Shown here in pieces: positions 40,701-55,700 of a DNA stretch of 64,000 bases (position 1 is its first letter; the number at the start of each line of letters is the position of its first letter). Under the pieces are notes generated by a model that saw only the letters and a list, made by a program, of their open reading frames with translations, was not told the DNA's origin and made no database searches. Source of the DNA: Haliotis rufescens (lineage: Eukaryota); assembly GCF_023055435.1 (NCBI RefSeq), contig NW_025963857.1:31682001-31746000 (forward strand). The letters run 5' to 3'. The position numbers and the translations under genes are program-made.

Positions 40701-43700
40701 GAATGTGTTTACTTACACAAGGCCTTTGTTTTTCACATTACAGTTATTGTTGTTCACAGTTATTATCATTGAACTAAATCCTCAATGTTCATAAGAATAG
40801 GAGTTGCAGAAATACATCAATATTTACCGGAGACAGTTCAAGAAAACTGGTATTCATGCAGTCACATTGGTATTAACAGGAATGGCTGATGGCTCATGTA
40901 GAACGTTAAATCAAACGAGATAAAATCAGTATTTTAGAGGTGGATGAGGATTTTGCTAAAAATATCTTTGTCGGGTTTCCTCTCAGGGAATTGTAACACC
41001 ACTTTGAACAGTATTCAGTTATATCACTGCATGTCAGCTACATGTGGGAGGAAAGCCTTAATTGATGCAGGTCTCAGAAATTTATCACTTTGGTGAAACC
41101 AACGAGTACCGATATGGTGCTGACAAACCTAGAAGCCTAATCGAGGCGAATGGGGATTCGAACCTCAAGCAAAGGTTTCTGGCACACCCTAGGGATGCAA
41201 CTATGCACAGCGAATTACGCCCCCAGGTGAATTCTTCTACTTATGTTTGCAATGCTTTGCATTGTAATTATTTTCGGGTCCTTAGAAAAACATCTAGGGT
41301 CGAAGGCGAAGATGTATTCGAACCTTGTTCATGTTTATTTCTCAGGCAAAACTGTCCTTTACAAAATGTGTACAAAAATATCATGATTTACAATGCTTTT
41401 TATAATCATTCTATTCAAATGCTATGTCACAGAAGCAAACCAATAATGCATGAACTCAGTGGTCAACCTACTTCAGGCAACCCTTATGATGATTATATTA
41501 CAATAATGCCTGGGATGAGTATCATTTTGCAACATTACCCTATGTTATTAACTACAAGATCACCACTGCATCATATAACATATTCACACAATGATTATCT
41601 CTGAGACAATATCATTTGATTTAGTAGAAAAGGCACATTAGGACAGTAACAGCTGTTGGCAAGTGGCTGTGATGAAACAGTTGTTGAACTGGAAGTATGT
41701 AGAATGTGTATTGCCTATGATGTGAAACCTTTTTATTGATGCTTATGTCAGTATCAGGGATTTACAGGGGTTGGGTCTATCGACATTTGAGCATGAGGCA
41801 TGGCATGAACATGGGGGTCCAAGGTTGGGGACATGCATGTGGCACCCTTAAGTTGATTTCCAAGAATTGTATTGACCTCATATCTTTGCACATGCTCAGA
41901 AGTCTTAAGCATATTCAAATTGGGATTTCAATGTTACCGGGTACACAGTAGAAACCCAACAATTTCCACTCTGAAGTTTTGTATTTCTTACCACAACAAA
42001 AAAGTCAGCAAAACTACAAAGTACAATTTTGATTAGTTTAAATGATTCAAACAGCAATACTGTTTTGCATCCTGCAAGCCTCACAATGTATAGTTGTTGC
42101 AGTTGTATGATATATGTGAAGTCAATCTATGTCATTCAGTAGTGGGTTAAGTCAAGCATTAATTCTATTCGCTGTTCAAGGACAAAATGCTGACTATAGC
42201 CTGTATGAACTGATGTGATACACTTATACCAGAAAACATTAGTCGTGGGCACATTGTTTCTTGTGTCATTTCAGGAAAGTAATGCTACAATTATGATGAA
42301 GCTATGGTAAAACCTGATGTCCTGGCTTTGACTATACAACATATAGGTCAATAACAGACAAGAAATCCTGGTGTCTCCTCCTTAGAATGTGATGCTAAGA
42401 ACTTAATTCACCATATGTAATTAACATGAATAATTGAAATATGGCGACAAAGTCAACTGAATAAGTAAATGGAAAACTCATGTTTCAGCTTATAACAAAG
42501 CAAAAAGCATAGCCAAATCTGACCATGAAACAACAGTGTTATTATGACACTGATAATTAGATAATTTACAAAAATGGAACAGGAACAAGACTAGGCATCA
42601 ATGATCATCTCTGATAAAACAGTCTGCATAATGATTTCACAACACTTAAATGAGCTGATTTTGAAGAAGGCTAAGTGACCACAACAAACTGTTACACGAT
42701 ACAGGACATACTTTCTGGTGTAAATCAAGCCAAGTTCTGGGGTTGACATAGCCACTGGTCTGTTAAGTTCAAGGCCAGTGAAAATCTGGAGGGACCAACA
42801 TTTTCTTCCCCAAATCTAATTTTTTACATAAACCACTTGTCTAAAATGAGCTGTGGACAAGTTGGATATGACCAAAGGTGTATACACCTCAAGTTTCAAT
42901 GAGTACTGTAAAAGATTTTTGTTGTTTTGTATGAAGCATCAAAAGAAAATAGTGGAATGATGTTACTGAATATATCTACTTTCACCTCAATATACGTATG
43001 AGTTTTGCCTTACAGGGCAAATAGAGGGTATGTCTTAATTTATGTCCAAAAAGTATGTCCCAAATAAAGAGTTAGGAAAGATTCGTACTTCCAAATATTG
43101 GAACTTTTTCTGATTCTGCTTTGGCAACAACAGTAGTGAGGTCGAGGAAAACGTCTGTTAACGCGTCGAAAAAAGTGGAATGTGGTGCAAGGGCAATGAT
43201 AGGGGCATCCTTGGCAGTGGCACGTTGCCCCCGCACACGGATCCAGTGGAACCCCCCCATGAAGAACACTCCTCGACACAGCACCACAATCAGGGGGCGC
43301 AGCACGCTACAGAGAAATAGTAGGGGATAGAACAGTGTATATTATATAGGACAGTGTATATTATAGAGGATGTACAACAGAAACAGGCCTGTCTTCAGTT
43401 CAATCAAAATGAATAATCTTTGTTGCAGTTTTGTTACTAGTCCAACAGCTTCCACGTGCATTGCTGGAGTTAACCCTGAAAGTCAAGGGATCCTTGCCAT
43501 AGCCCTAATTATAAATTGTAAGGATTTAGGGATTCCCAGATTCAATATCATATCAAACCCAAAACATCCCAGGACCCCTTAATTTCGAATAATGTACAAA
43601 GTAATTGCAGCTCAATGACTGTTGTAAGTCCATGTTGATGTTTGGAGTTTCCATAGTCAGGCATTTATCTAGGATTCTAAAATAAGTGCCCTTGGTTGGT

Positions 43701-46700
43701 AAACTGGGAAGAAATCTTGGTTTGTTCAGTTTGTATTTTCCTAAATTTGTAGGTATTTTAACACTGCACTCAGTGCAATAATGTTAAACAAAGCATTAAT
43801 GCCTCTTCCACTTGATTGGACCCATTGTCAGTGACATACAAGTTAGCCCTACAAAGCCATAATATTAGTAATAACTATAATATTTCTTTTACTGACATCT
43901 GATGTTGACTTAGGGTCGAATATCGGCCTTTGAGCAGGTCTAGATAAATCCCTGATTGTCTATTTGTCAGAAGAATCTCGCCAAAAAGTTCAAGCTCAAA
44001 GGGTTTTAGCAGCAACATCCGAATTTTTAAAAAAAAAATTAAAACTTTTTTGGGTGGGGGCACAACTTTTTAATTACTGGTAGACAAAACATCTGATGTG
44101 AATCAGTTATTGGCCAAGTCTAAATTACCCTGGCCTAGCTGCTTGTGACCTAAATTGTCAACCTCGTTAGATGATCTTGAGTTACAATGGTCAGTGCCAT
44201 GACCGCAACTTTCATGCATCTTGACAAATCTGGGCATGTTGTCTGCAAGAGATCTACTGTTAATAATCTCTTCATGAACATGTATGACAGGCACTTTGGT
44301 GGGACATTCATTTTGAAAGGCAGTTTATATTAATCTGAATAAATCTTGTATAAATCTTACATGTCTATATGGTCTACATAAACCTTGTGTACTCGCCCTG
44401 CTATAACCCCTGCATCGTCTAATTCTTGAATTGTGAAGTGACATTTCCTGAAAGGAATTCAGGCCAAACACGGTTCCGTTGACTGACATAGTTACCCATA
44501 GTCATAGCATCTTTTGTTCAATCTGGTCTTGATCACACATTTGCCCTTCATACACACACATGGGTATATTTAGTGAAAATTCAGAAAAAGACAGGTCTGT
44601 TTCCCACAATTATTTTTTGATATCTGGAATTAGAATATAAGTTATTCTGAAATGTTAAATAGTCAAAGGGTTAAAAATAAGTGTGGAAACATACATCACA
44701 CTTTGAAATCAGTAACTGATTTAATGCTTATTATTCTCACTGTAATATGATACACCATGAACAATAAACAAGCTCAAAGACTTTGCTTTCATGGAAGTTC
44801 AGAACGGAATGAAATCCGAAAAACAATACGTTACACAACGTAAGGCAAAACCAAATAAAATTCTCAGTAATGATCTTCATACATTTGAAGTTCTTATGTC
44901 TACAGTTCATGGGCGCAGACTACATTCAGATATACAGAAAATGCGGAAATGTTAGCAATCACTGTAACAGCATTAATTATGCAACAGGTGTGTTGATGAA
45001 TCATCTTACATTAGATATTGAAATAAAATATTCAGATTGATTAGGCCATCCATATAACTTTTGTATTTCTGATTTCTGTAATCATATATATCCATGTGGG
45101 CAAAACGGGTGGGAAAATGAAAATATCCTTTTTTGACCCTTTGGAGTGGGTATTGTTTAGATCTTGTGAGAGAATAAAAAGACACACAGGTGGCCTTACT
45201 CAAATAATACAGAACTTCCAAAGCAAACACAAGATAAAAATATTTTTTTTCATGATTAATAAGTATGTCACAATAACTGAACTTTATGATGTACTGGTCT
45301 GGTTTCTTGACAAAGCTGTGTTATATTAAAATTAGCGTTTAATTTACAGGATCACTTCACTGTCATTTACACCTATGATGAACATGCACTGACACATTTA
45401 CTGCATTTGGGTTTCCACATTGTCCAAATTATTTGCAATTGATGAAAGAGATCTGTTCATCTTTTCTCTAGATATTGATTTTCATCTCTATCCAGTACAT
45501 GGACAACACAAGAATTTATCAGTTCTCAGTTCTAAGTTACTATAATACTCATAGGTCAATGCTCGAAAGACTAGTTATTTTTACATATATGTCAGGTTAT
45601 CATATATTCGTATGTATCTTTCATCAATTATTATTTGGGGGGTTTAGGATTAAAAAATCATCCTTGGAGCCAAGGTAAGAACTATAAGTGAACACTGTAT
45701 TCACCATATTTTGGCCCTGCTAAAGTGAGTGCCCCCTGACCAACTAGAACAATCTGTAAGTTTGATTGTTTGTTGTTTATGCTGCACTCAGCAATATTCC
45801 AGCAATATGATGGTGGTCTGTAAATAATCAACTCTGGACCAGACAATCCAGTGATTGACATCATGAGCATCGATCTACACACTTGGGATACGATGACATG
45901 CATCAACCAAGTCAGAGAGCCTGACCACCCGATCCTCTTAGTTGCCTCTTACGACAAACATAGTCGCCTTTTACGGCAAGCATGGGCTGCTGAAGACCTA
46001 TTATAACCCGGATCCTCACAGGTTTGTAAGTAATTTCTCAAGCACCCCATGTGAGACCGAAAATTTACATGACAGTCCATAGTTTCTGTGAATATAGGTT
46101 GTTTACAGAAACAGCAGCACAGATATATAACAGCCTTGCAACTATTATAGAATTTTTATTACTTTCATCGATGTTTGAAAATAGTTTGTTCACTACCGCT
46201 CGATCACTGACAACAAATTTTACTTGAGTATGTTTTACTTTGTCAATTATCCAAGTTCAAAAGGTGCTTATTATGGAGAATACGGTATAGGACAGAATTA
46301 CTGTTAATCATACTATGCATATTCTGCCTTTTCAGAGATGTGTATTAATGAATAAGCTGACATTTATCAGGGTTTGACACTCAAAAATAAAAAATAGAAA
46401 ATAGACACCAGCTCATGTGTCTAGAAAAGACAAGAATACTAGCAAAGTACCAATGCCTCTAGCCCACTGTGCAAAACATTACCCCTGATTGGCATTGTTC
46501 AAAGTGAATTTATCTTGTTTAAATATTCTTTGCAGAACATATTCCAAATCATAAGAAAATTAATTAGACAATGTTATTTGTTTATTGTTGATAACTAACG
46601 ATCAAATGGCTGTGTAGTTATTTCAGCTATGAATTAAACCAATGAATTTGTAAAGGTACTTATCAGTTAGGTCTACAGTTTCTATGGTCGGTCCCTATTT

Positions 46701-49700
46701 ATTGCACTAGCCATCTTGGTCAGGAGAATATAAAAGATATGGCTAGCACTTGTCTGGCCGGCCAGATTATTTGTTGAGCCCTGTTAATAATGGAAATCTG
46801 ACATAACACGTAAAATGACATCAGCAGTATACGAGAACATATCTTCAAGACTACGCTGAAAGATGGTTAATCCATTATTCCAAACACTGACTGCGTTAAC
46901 TTGATTGTAGTCAGCATTAAATAAATGAATTTGTCTACTGTGGTGACTAAGCACCATTGGTGATCACATTTTGTGAATGACATTGAGTTTAGGTATCTGA
47001 AAACTACATTTCCCTATCAATAAGTTAAATAAAATACTCCTTTTAAGTGATAGATCGATGAAAAAAACAGTGGACAACTTATGCTACTGGTCCGAAGCCC
47101 TGAGTTCAGCAGTCTGTGCCAACAACTTCTGAGTCCACTAGCCTGAACAATTGTCTCTTGGCATAATTTTCTATAGATTGCAGTGTTAATATGTACTATT
47201 ATAAGCTGAGCATACGAGACCAAACATACATTTCCTACACTTGGAGTAGTAGCTTCAGACTAGTGTCGCAGACTGGTCCAATGACATTGGTCTAAAAAAC
47301 CCAGGTAATAATTGTTCACATAATAACTCGAAAATCTACTGAAAATGAGGAAAAGAGCAAAGTTCATTTAAGCAGTCAAAAGTTTTTGGCATAAACTGAA
47401 ATTTGTCCATAAATCGCAGTTATTGATGAAATAAATCCAACATTTTGTATTTTGCAAGTATGGCTGAAAGAATCAATTAGTCAGCAGTTCACGCCAAAAA
47501 AAGCAAATCAATAATCCAGGCCTGTAATACCCATTTTGGTAATATACTGATGGAATCGAATAAGGGAACAATGAAGAATATAGGGAAGTAAGCTCTACTG
47601 CCAGTACATTTGAAATGGCTCGCAAATAAATTCAATACAGGTCAGAATCAAAGAATAAATATGTAAAAGATATGGAAATCCAAACACCAAAGTCAAAAGA
47701 TAAAAGTTTGATCATTATCAAAGACGGAAAAACATGGTTCACTTTTACAATTGTTGTTTTCATAGGTCTTCAAAAAATAATTTCACATGACATCTTTTCT
47801 CGAACAAAAAGCCTTCACATACCCTGTACATATTTTCATGTAAACATTTGGTACTTGGAGGCATCTAAATTATAATTCACAAATACTATTATCACAAATC
47901 ATGTGTAGGGCATGTGGAGACTTAAAACAATGTATGCTTAAGAAGTTCTTTCAATCCTCCCCTAGTAGCAAAGTCCTTTAACATTAAAAATAATATATCT
48001 GTAAAACCACTACTGTTACAATAGTTAATCAAACATATTACAAATTTACATGTCTGTGTGTTTGTCTGTTGTTTAACACCACTATGCAATATTCCATCAA
48101 AATAAGGGCAGCCTGGAAATAATCTAGAGTCTGGACCAGACAATCCAGTGATAGATATCATGAACAACAATACACATAGTCCATGATAGTCATGGTACAA
48201 TGACATGCAATCAACCAAGTCACTGAGCATGACCTCCCAATCTGACCTTCTTACAAGAAGCATAGCTTGCTGTGGACCTATTTTAACCCAGAATCCTGAT
48301 GGGGTGAATTAACATGTTTTTGAGTCAGTGTCACTGTACACCAATGATCTAAAGAAATTTCTGAAAACAGGCACTCAAATAAGACTCCTTAGTAACATAG
48401 TAAAACTAACAGCAATTATGTTTTGTTTGAAGTCTCCAACTAAACACTGAGCAAGTCATTGCAAACACTGAATCAGCTATAGTTATCACATCCTCCATTA
48501 AACAATGAATCACGTCATCATTGTATTATAAAAAAAATACCCTGAACCCATTCACCATCATTGCTTCATTTCAGAAGCAACGTCCCCATCTCCCTCCCTC
48601 CTATTACAAACTTGGCACAGAATTTCTCTCTCTCATAAGCTTGAAATCAACACTCATTTAAAATGCCTCTTCTAAACACAAGTTCAATACAGATCTAAGT
48701 TGAAGCTTCATATGAGCAAGCCCTTGATATATTTTATCTAATGGTTAGACTTGTTATAAACATAATTTGATCGGATGGTTAAGTTCATTTCAACCCTACT
48801 CAAAACGAAGCTTTGATGGCGATTGGGTCCAGATATCTATCATAACACAATCTGCGTTAGAAATTGGCACTAGTCCTGCAGTCCTTGCTAAACTGCCCAA
48901 TAGTTAAGGTATCATAAGGAATAGTAGAAATTTGCCATTTTGGGGATTTTGATATATATTATCATTATAAGGACTAGTAGATAAAAATGTTAGTTTCTAC
49001 CACTGACAATGGAGATGATTAGATATGATACACTGGATAATCAAGGGTGTTGCTCTCATGGTTATGTAATGCTGTGCAGTTATTTGATGGAATATTGCTA
49101 TATAATCATGGTTAAAAGCTCATAACATGTTGTGTTTAGGTTACCAAGCTTGAAAAAGAGAACAAGCTGACAAAAGTTTAGTTCCTTGAACATTCAATAC
49201 TCTGACCTCAAAGACTGGTTAATAAACAACTGCAATTATTTTACTTGTATTCAAAATATCAATAGATATGCAATTGAAATAACAAAGATACTTCCAAGAT
49301 TTCCTTATACATAAAGAAATGAAGTCAGCACTATGGTGAAATTGCAGTATGCATAAATGCTCCTGGCGGCTCCCAAATGGAGAGCAACTTGTTAACAAAT
49401 ACTGTATTCAGCTGATAGTCATGTTTCAGATAACCAAAATGATAACCTTCATATTCAATTTCAAAATACATTCCTTATTAATAATTGGACATTATCAGTA
49501 ACGCAAATAAATAAATTTGTAATCTGTCGTCATTGATCAACTTTTTCAAGTATTTGGTCAAAGATTCAAGAACTATGGAAATATTATAACTTTTTAGCAA
49601 GATTATAAAAGATTCTAGGGAAAAAACATCAATAAGCAATACTCAATTGAGAATATTTCAATAAAAACCCATTCTTTGAATACCCAAGTGGTTGACATTA

Positions 49701-52700
49701 GCACACACCTGCTGAATTGATATACTTAGGTAAAAACTGAATAAAACATTTTAAATCATTTGACATCTCAGACACTAGAAATTGATGCCAATTAAAAGAA
49801 ATAAAAAGTTCAGTTCACAAAACATTTTTACAGTATGTGAGTACCCAATATTCAACACTTAAATATGTTGTATTTCAAACTTTTACAGCACTACAATAAC
49901 ATTATTACAAAGGTAAGTATTGTAAATAATAGATGATAACATAATTCAATGTTTTACATCATGTTCATTGGAGTACATACTTGCGCCATCCTGTCAAAGG
50001 TTTACGTTTTTCTTCTTCTGTTCGAAATGCGAGTGACAGTGCTGCTAATGGCCATGCTAGAACCAAACACATTCCTGACATCAGAAGTCGGAGTGGGGCA
50101 ACCGTCACTGACATAATCACAATCTGAAACAAAATGAGAAGAATTAATGTCACGGAAAACACAACCATGATTGTTCAGATTCCCAAGCAGTCTGTGACTT
50201 TAGCCACTTGTCTGATGCCCAAGGCTAGTCAAATTTTGTTGATCCTGTCAGCTTGGCTAATACCTATCAATATATACTACTCCAAAGATGTTAAGGACTG
50301 GGCCAGCTTATTCTTTCATATTACCATAGTTAATCTATTAGGCATGACAGATTATCTATAGTCATATAAACGAATCAGATGTTCCTTAACTTCTTTGGAG
50401 TAGTATTCTAACCCTAAATTTACTGAAAATGATGCTGAGAGACAAGTTGGGGCAAGTTGATGCAAACAGTTTTGGCACAAACTGCTTCAATGTCAGTTGG
50501 TGCTTTATGACAAACCTATACCTCCATCTGCCTGTATCAACACAATTATCATTTGAAAGTCACTAAAGTAGCTACTTTTTGTCAGCAACAAGAATAATTG
50601 AAGTTTAGTTTTTATGATCTGCTTATGTTTTCCAGACAGAAAGAAATTTGACTTGACTCTGTGGCTTAAGTTGCAGACATATCACATTTCATAATAGTAC
50701 ACACAAATGGTTGAGCAATGGGCCAAATGACAAATGTTGAAGAACAGGTCAGCTAAAAAGATACTTTATTTCAAAATACTTTAGGAAGAAGACCTTGCTG
50801 AACCTGTTGGCCACCTTAGTTTTGAACACTGCATTACCTGTGTGGTAAAGATTCAGCTATGAAAACATGTTGATAATGTAAAGTTGCATTGGTGACCCTG
50901 TGGTTAATTCATAGAACTAAACTGCCACTGTGGTCTAGTGGTAGAGTGTCCGCCCGGAGAGTGGAAGGTCCGGGGTTTGATCCCTGGCCGCATTATACCA
51001 AAAGACGTTAAAAGATGGTATTTGTTGTTACCCTGTCTTGCGCTCGGCATTAAGGGGCTAAAACAAGGACTGGTCGGCTCGGAGTCAGTATACTGTGTCT
51101 GAGTGGGGTATTCATGTTAAACTGCGGCATGGTATCTCAGTGAGCTAGCACTATAAATCGGCAACCTTATAGAACTGACTCTGAGGTCAATCTCATTCAA
51201 ATCAGATTTTTTACATGGATACGATACATGTTGCCATGGTTTTGATAGCTTACAAATCTCAACATTGTTTTTGATACATCTTGATCAACTGAGCCACAAA
51301 AAAAAGGAAAAGTTTATGACATGAATGATGATTAAATAATGAGTCAATGATCATTTTTAAACTGCTCGGCACCAGTTGCCAAAAGATCTTAATGGCTTAT
51401 CAATTCAAGCAGTGAAAACAGCTCTACCAATAATGCAGTAATGCTGGGCAAGGCAGTTTAAGCTCCTAGTTATCAGTGCTAATATTGATTTGAAATACCT
51501 GGGTAGATTCAGTTTCCTTTCTGACAACTCTATGTAACTTGTCCCACTGAAAACACACTGTACCTACTGTAAAAACATTTAATCTAGGATTCCGAAATAA
51601 GTGCCATTGGCAAACAAATTGGGGAAAACATAATTTGGTTCATAACTGTGATTATTATGAATATCTGTATCATGTATATAGATGTATTTGTAAATTCAGG
51701 GATATTTTAAGTGTGTTAAAATGTCTTTTTTTTCCAATGCAAAAGCGTAAAACTAAAACATCTTTTTGTTTATTGGTCTTGTCAGTAAAATGCAAGTCAC
51801 CTCTGCTAGCAATAACATTAGTTATTACTATAATAGCATGGTTGATGGTAATATCTACTGACATGTATTTCAGACCTCGTATTGAGGGCTCTTCATGACA
51901 TGGATGGTATTCATATACTGGTCCTAGACTCTAACACAGCATGACTATCAGTTACCTTTTTTATCTGTGACTACTTTGGGTTGAAAACACTATTGAAACA
52001 GTGAATAAAGAAAAAGCTTTCTGCATTGTCCATTGTTGTATAACATTGGTAGTGTCCAATACAATTAACATAATAATACAGTTTCCTGGTCATGGGTAGA
52101 CACTATTAATTAATCCAAGTATCAACATCTCAGTTATGACTACTGGTTTATGTTGTTAAGCATTCTGAAAACAAGTCCAATCTCACTAACGTCAGATCTT
52201 AGTGCTCACTAATGCTACACAAAAGATCTGAGGATGTCCCATTACAGGTTATGTCAGAACTACCTCTGATGAACTTTGACCGACCAATGAAATGACTAAC
52301 AGGAAGTCCATATTAGCCAATCAGAAAGCAGCTTTCTCAAGTGTTATGCCGCTATTCTAAACACAGCAATTTCAATTCCAGACTACACTTTGAACAATAT
52401 TTTGATGAAGTTCTTGATTCAAAATTTGAAAACTGAACAAGAGAAAATTCTGGAATGTTTAATAAATAACTGAGATTGTATGGCAGTACTTCTCACGGGC
52501 TATGAAAAGTCTTCTATTTCCAATGTTTACCCCATTGAAGTAAGAGACAGTCAATGTCTTGCAATTGGTTGGTTGGTTGGTTTGTTGTTTAACGCCGCAC
52601 TCAGCAATATTCCAGCTATATGACGGCGGTCTGTAAATAATTGAGTCTGGACCAGACAATCCAGTTATATTTTCTTATGTGAACAAACTCAAATTATTAT

Positions 52701-55700
52701 CTTTGCAAGATCTCTTGGTGCCATGGGACCATATAATATATGGTCCCCCACTTTTCATACCTATATAGTGCCAGGGGACCATATATGGTCCCATGAAAAT
52801 GTCCCTTTTCAACTGTGAATTAAGATGTCAAACACTGAGTGCGCAAACTTAAAATTATAACAATCATCACCCTAATCATCTCAGCTTCAACATCATGTAA
52901 GTCATAGTTTAAACAGTACTACGGATTGTGAAATATGGTGAGATTAATAAAGTAGTTACTGAGCTTCTCGACCTTTTCTGCCACATTGAACTTCATGCGA
53001 ATGACGGCAATATTTTTATTATGCACCAATTTCACATTCTTGTAACTATTATAACATCAGACAACCAATTTGAAAAAGAAATCTGATCAGAGTGGTCAGA
53101 AAGCTTTACTTGTCCCCACTGTACAGTTATTGGCGTAAGAGTACAAACGTTTAGTCCATAACGGAAGTTTTTTGTTCAAGTATTGCATAAGTTTATCGAC
53201 TGTGTGTCATGGCGATTAAACACGGCGCTAGAGATGAAATGACAGTGCGGATTGTCTTTCTGTTTATGATGCTGATTTACAGAAAATATCCAAATCAAAG
53301 ACATGGAAAAATAGCTATGACCGTTAATATTAAGGTGGTATAGTGTATTTTTATTGAATGGCCAAGCCCGAAGTGATTGACAGGGCACGTTGGCATCATA
53401 TCTGTGCCACGATTTCTTGTCTACCGGTTGTCCTACATGCTCGCTCGTTTAGACAAATAACTGCTACTTTTTTTATATGAATTGACTAAGAGTCATTGGT
53501 AATTGCTGAAACTACCTGATCGTGTGAATGACTTGCCCTAACTGTTTCACATTTTGTCGCAAAAGGACATTTCAAAAGTGTGGCCATGATCACCTAACGT
53601 GAGACAACGCCATATTGTAAACAAATTGTACCAAGGTCGGTTTCACATGTGGTAGCTCGGCCCCCGTTTCTGTTGATGGTACACGTGATACAAACATCAT
53701 CCAACTACTGAAATTATAGAAAACATCAACATAACTTCTACAATGATGACAGCAATACCTTTTTGCATTTGGGTTAACCGCTTATGGATACGATGTGCTG
53801 TAAAGTTTGATTTTGATTTTTTTTCCCTTTCATTGAAACTGTGATAATGGCGCTAGATTGGTTTGCTAAATTGTGTACAAATGCCGATTATGAACATGAT
53901 CTGATGGTGTGGGATAAATTAGGTTGTAAGAATTTAGGCGATTATCACGATCTGTACTTTAAAAACGATGTACTGTTACTCGCCGATATATTCGAGATAT
54001 TTAGAAAAACATGTTTAAAACAATACGGTTTGGATACGGCATGGTACTATTCCAGTCCCGGACTATCGTGGGATGCATTGTTGAAGAAGACCGGTGTAGA
54101 ACTAAAATTACTCACCGATTATGAAATGCACTTGTTTGTTGAGCAAAGATTAAGAGGTGGCATATCGATGATGGCGAAAAGGTATTCTAAAGCTAATAAT
54201 GAATTAGTGGAAGGATATGATTCGAGTAAACCTGATACGCACATATTATATCTCGATTCCAACAATTTGTACGGATGGGCTATGAGTCAACCTTTACCCA
54301 CAGGTGGGTTTGAGTGGGTTGATGTGAATGATATCCCCACAGATTCCGATAAAGGGTACATACTAGAAGTTGACTTAGAATATCCAGCCGAGTTACACAA
54401 AGACCATAACAGTTATCTGCTAGCTCTCAAAAGATTAATGGTTAATAGAGATTGGATGTCGGCATATCAACACTCCTTGATGGGTAATACTAGGTTAGCT
54501 AACGTAGAAAAACTCGTACCAAATTTGATGGATAAGACAAAATATATAGTTCACTACAGAAATCTCCAGTTATATTTATCACTAGGCATGAAAATAAAGA
54601 AAATGCACAGAGTTCTTAACATGCTTAAGTTTGATCAAAGACCTTGGATGGAGCCCTATATAACTTACAAGGCTGAACACAGATTTAAGAAAGATGGCTA
54701 CAAGCAATTTCGAAAAGTACCTATATAAGCTCAAGAATAACTCAGTATTTGGAAATACTATGGAAAATCTAGGGAAGCGTGTTGATCATGTTGATGTTAA
54801 ATTAGTCAGATCTAATGAGGAAGAAAGACTTAGGAAACTTATAGCCAGCCTGGCTTTTAATAGAAGCAAGATATCTGATAACGACTTACCAGCGCTGCAT
54901 ATGCAAAAAAATAATATAAATTTCAACAGACCAGTGTACGTTGGTATGAGCATACTTGACTTGTCAAAACACTTAATGTGTGTCTTTTATTACAATGAAC
55001 ATAAGAAGCATTACAGTGATAGATGCGAGGTGTTATATACCGATACTGATTCTTTGTTGATGGAAATACAAACCGAGGATGTGCATAAAGATATGGCAGA
55101 AAAAATAGATATGTATGACACGAGTGATTACCCAATAGATAATCCATTGCACAGTGGAGTATGTCGGATAAAGACCTAAGTCTAAGATGTATTCTATAAA
55201 GAAGGCTGATAATGGGGAGATACGAAAAGCTAAGGGTGTTCAAACACGACCAGTATAAAGAAGCATCCTTCAATGGCAGAACATTCAAACACGAGATGAA
55301 CACTTTAAGAAGTGATAATCACAGGATATATGGGTTAAGAATGAACAAGACATCATTATCCCTCTTAGAAAAAGGTGGATTGATGAGGATGGTGTAACTA
55401 CCTATGCTTATGGTTACTTAGGGCGGTAATAATGTATCGTTGGGAACAATGAGCAACTCTTCTCGTACAAATCCCCTGCCCAGCCCATCTTTAAGATAAT
55501 ATAGAATAGGCTCACCTGCTTTCATTTCCAATATCCTCCCGGGCTATAGTAAATTTTTTCCATTTTTGATAAAGATTAATCTTTCTTTTAAAACAATTCA
55601 TGACATCGTTGAATCGTATCATGGGTATTGCATAAAAAATGACCTCTGTAGTAACATTATTGGGTGGTGAATCCAGTGGAAGCGCGGAAGAACTGTCATT

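Noticed and set aside
41062-41604. 180-aa ORF
   Set aside because: Starts in an antisense SINE C copy; no recognisable motif
48587-48596. Docking site complementary to 33109-33118 that could loop out exon 3a
   Set aside because: Only 10 bp of low-complexity complementarity; plausible by chance without conservation data
52871-52996. Alternative LPCAT first exon (MKFNVAEK...FHNP*YCL...MIR|gt)
   Set aside because: In-frame TAG, weak donor and only an NP resemblance
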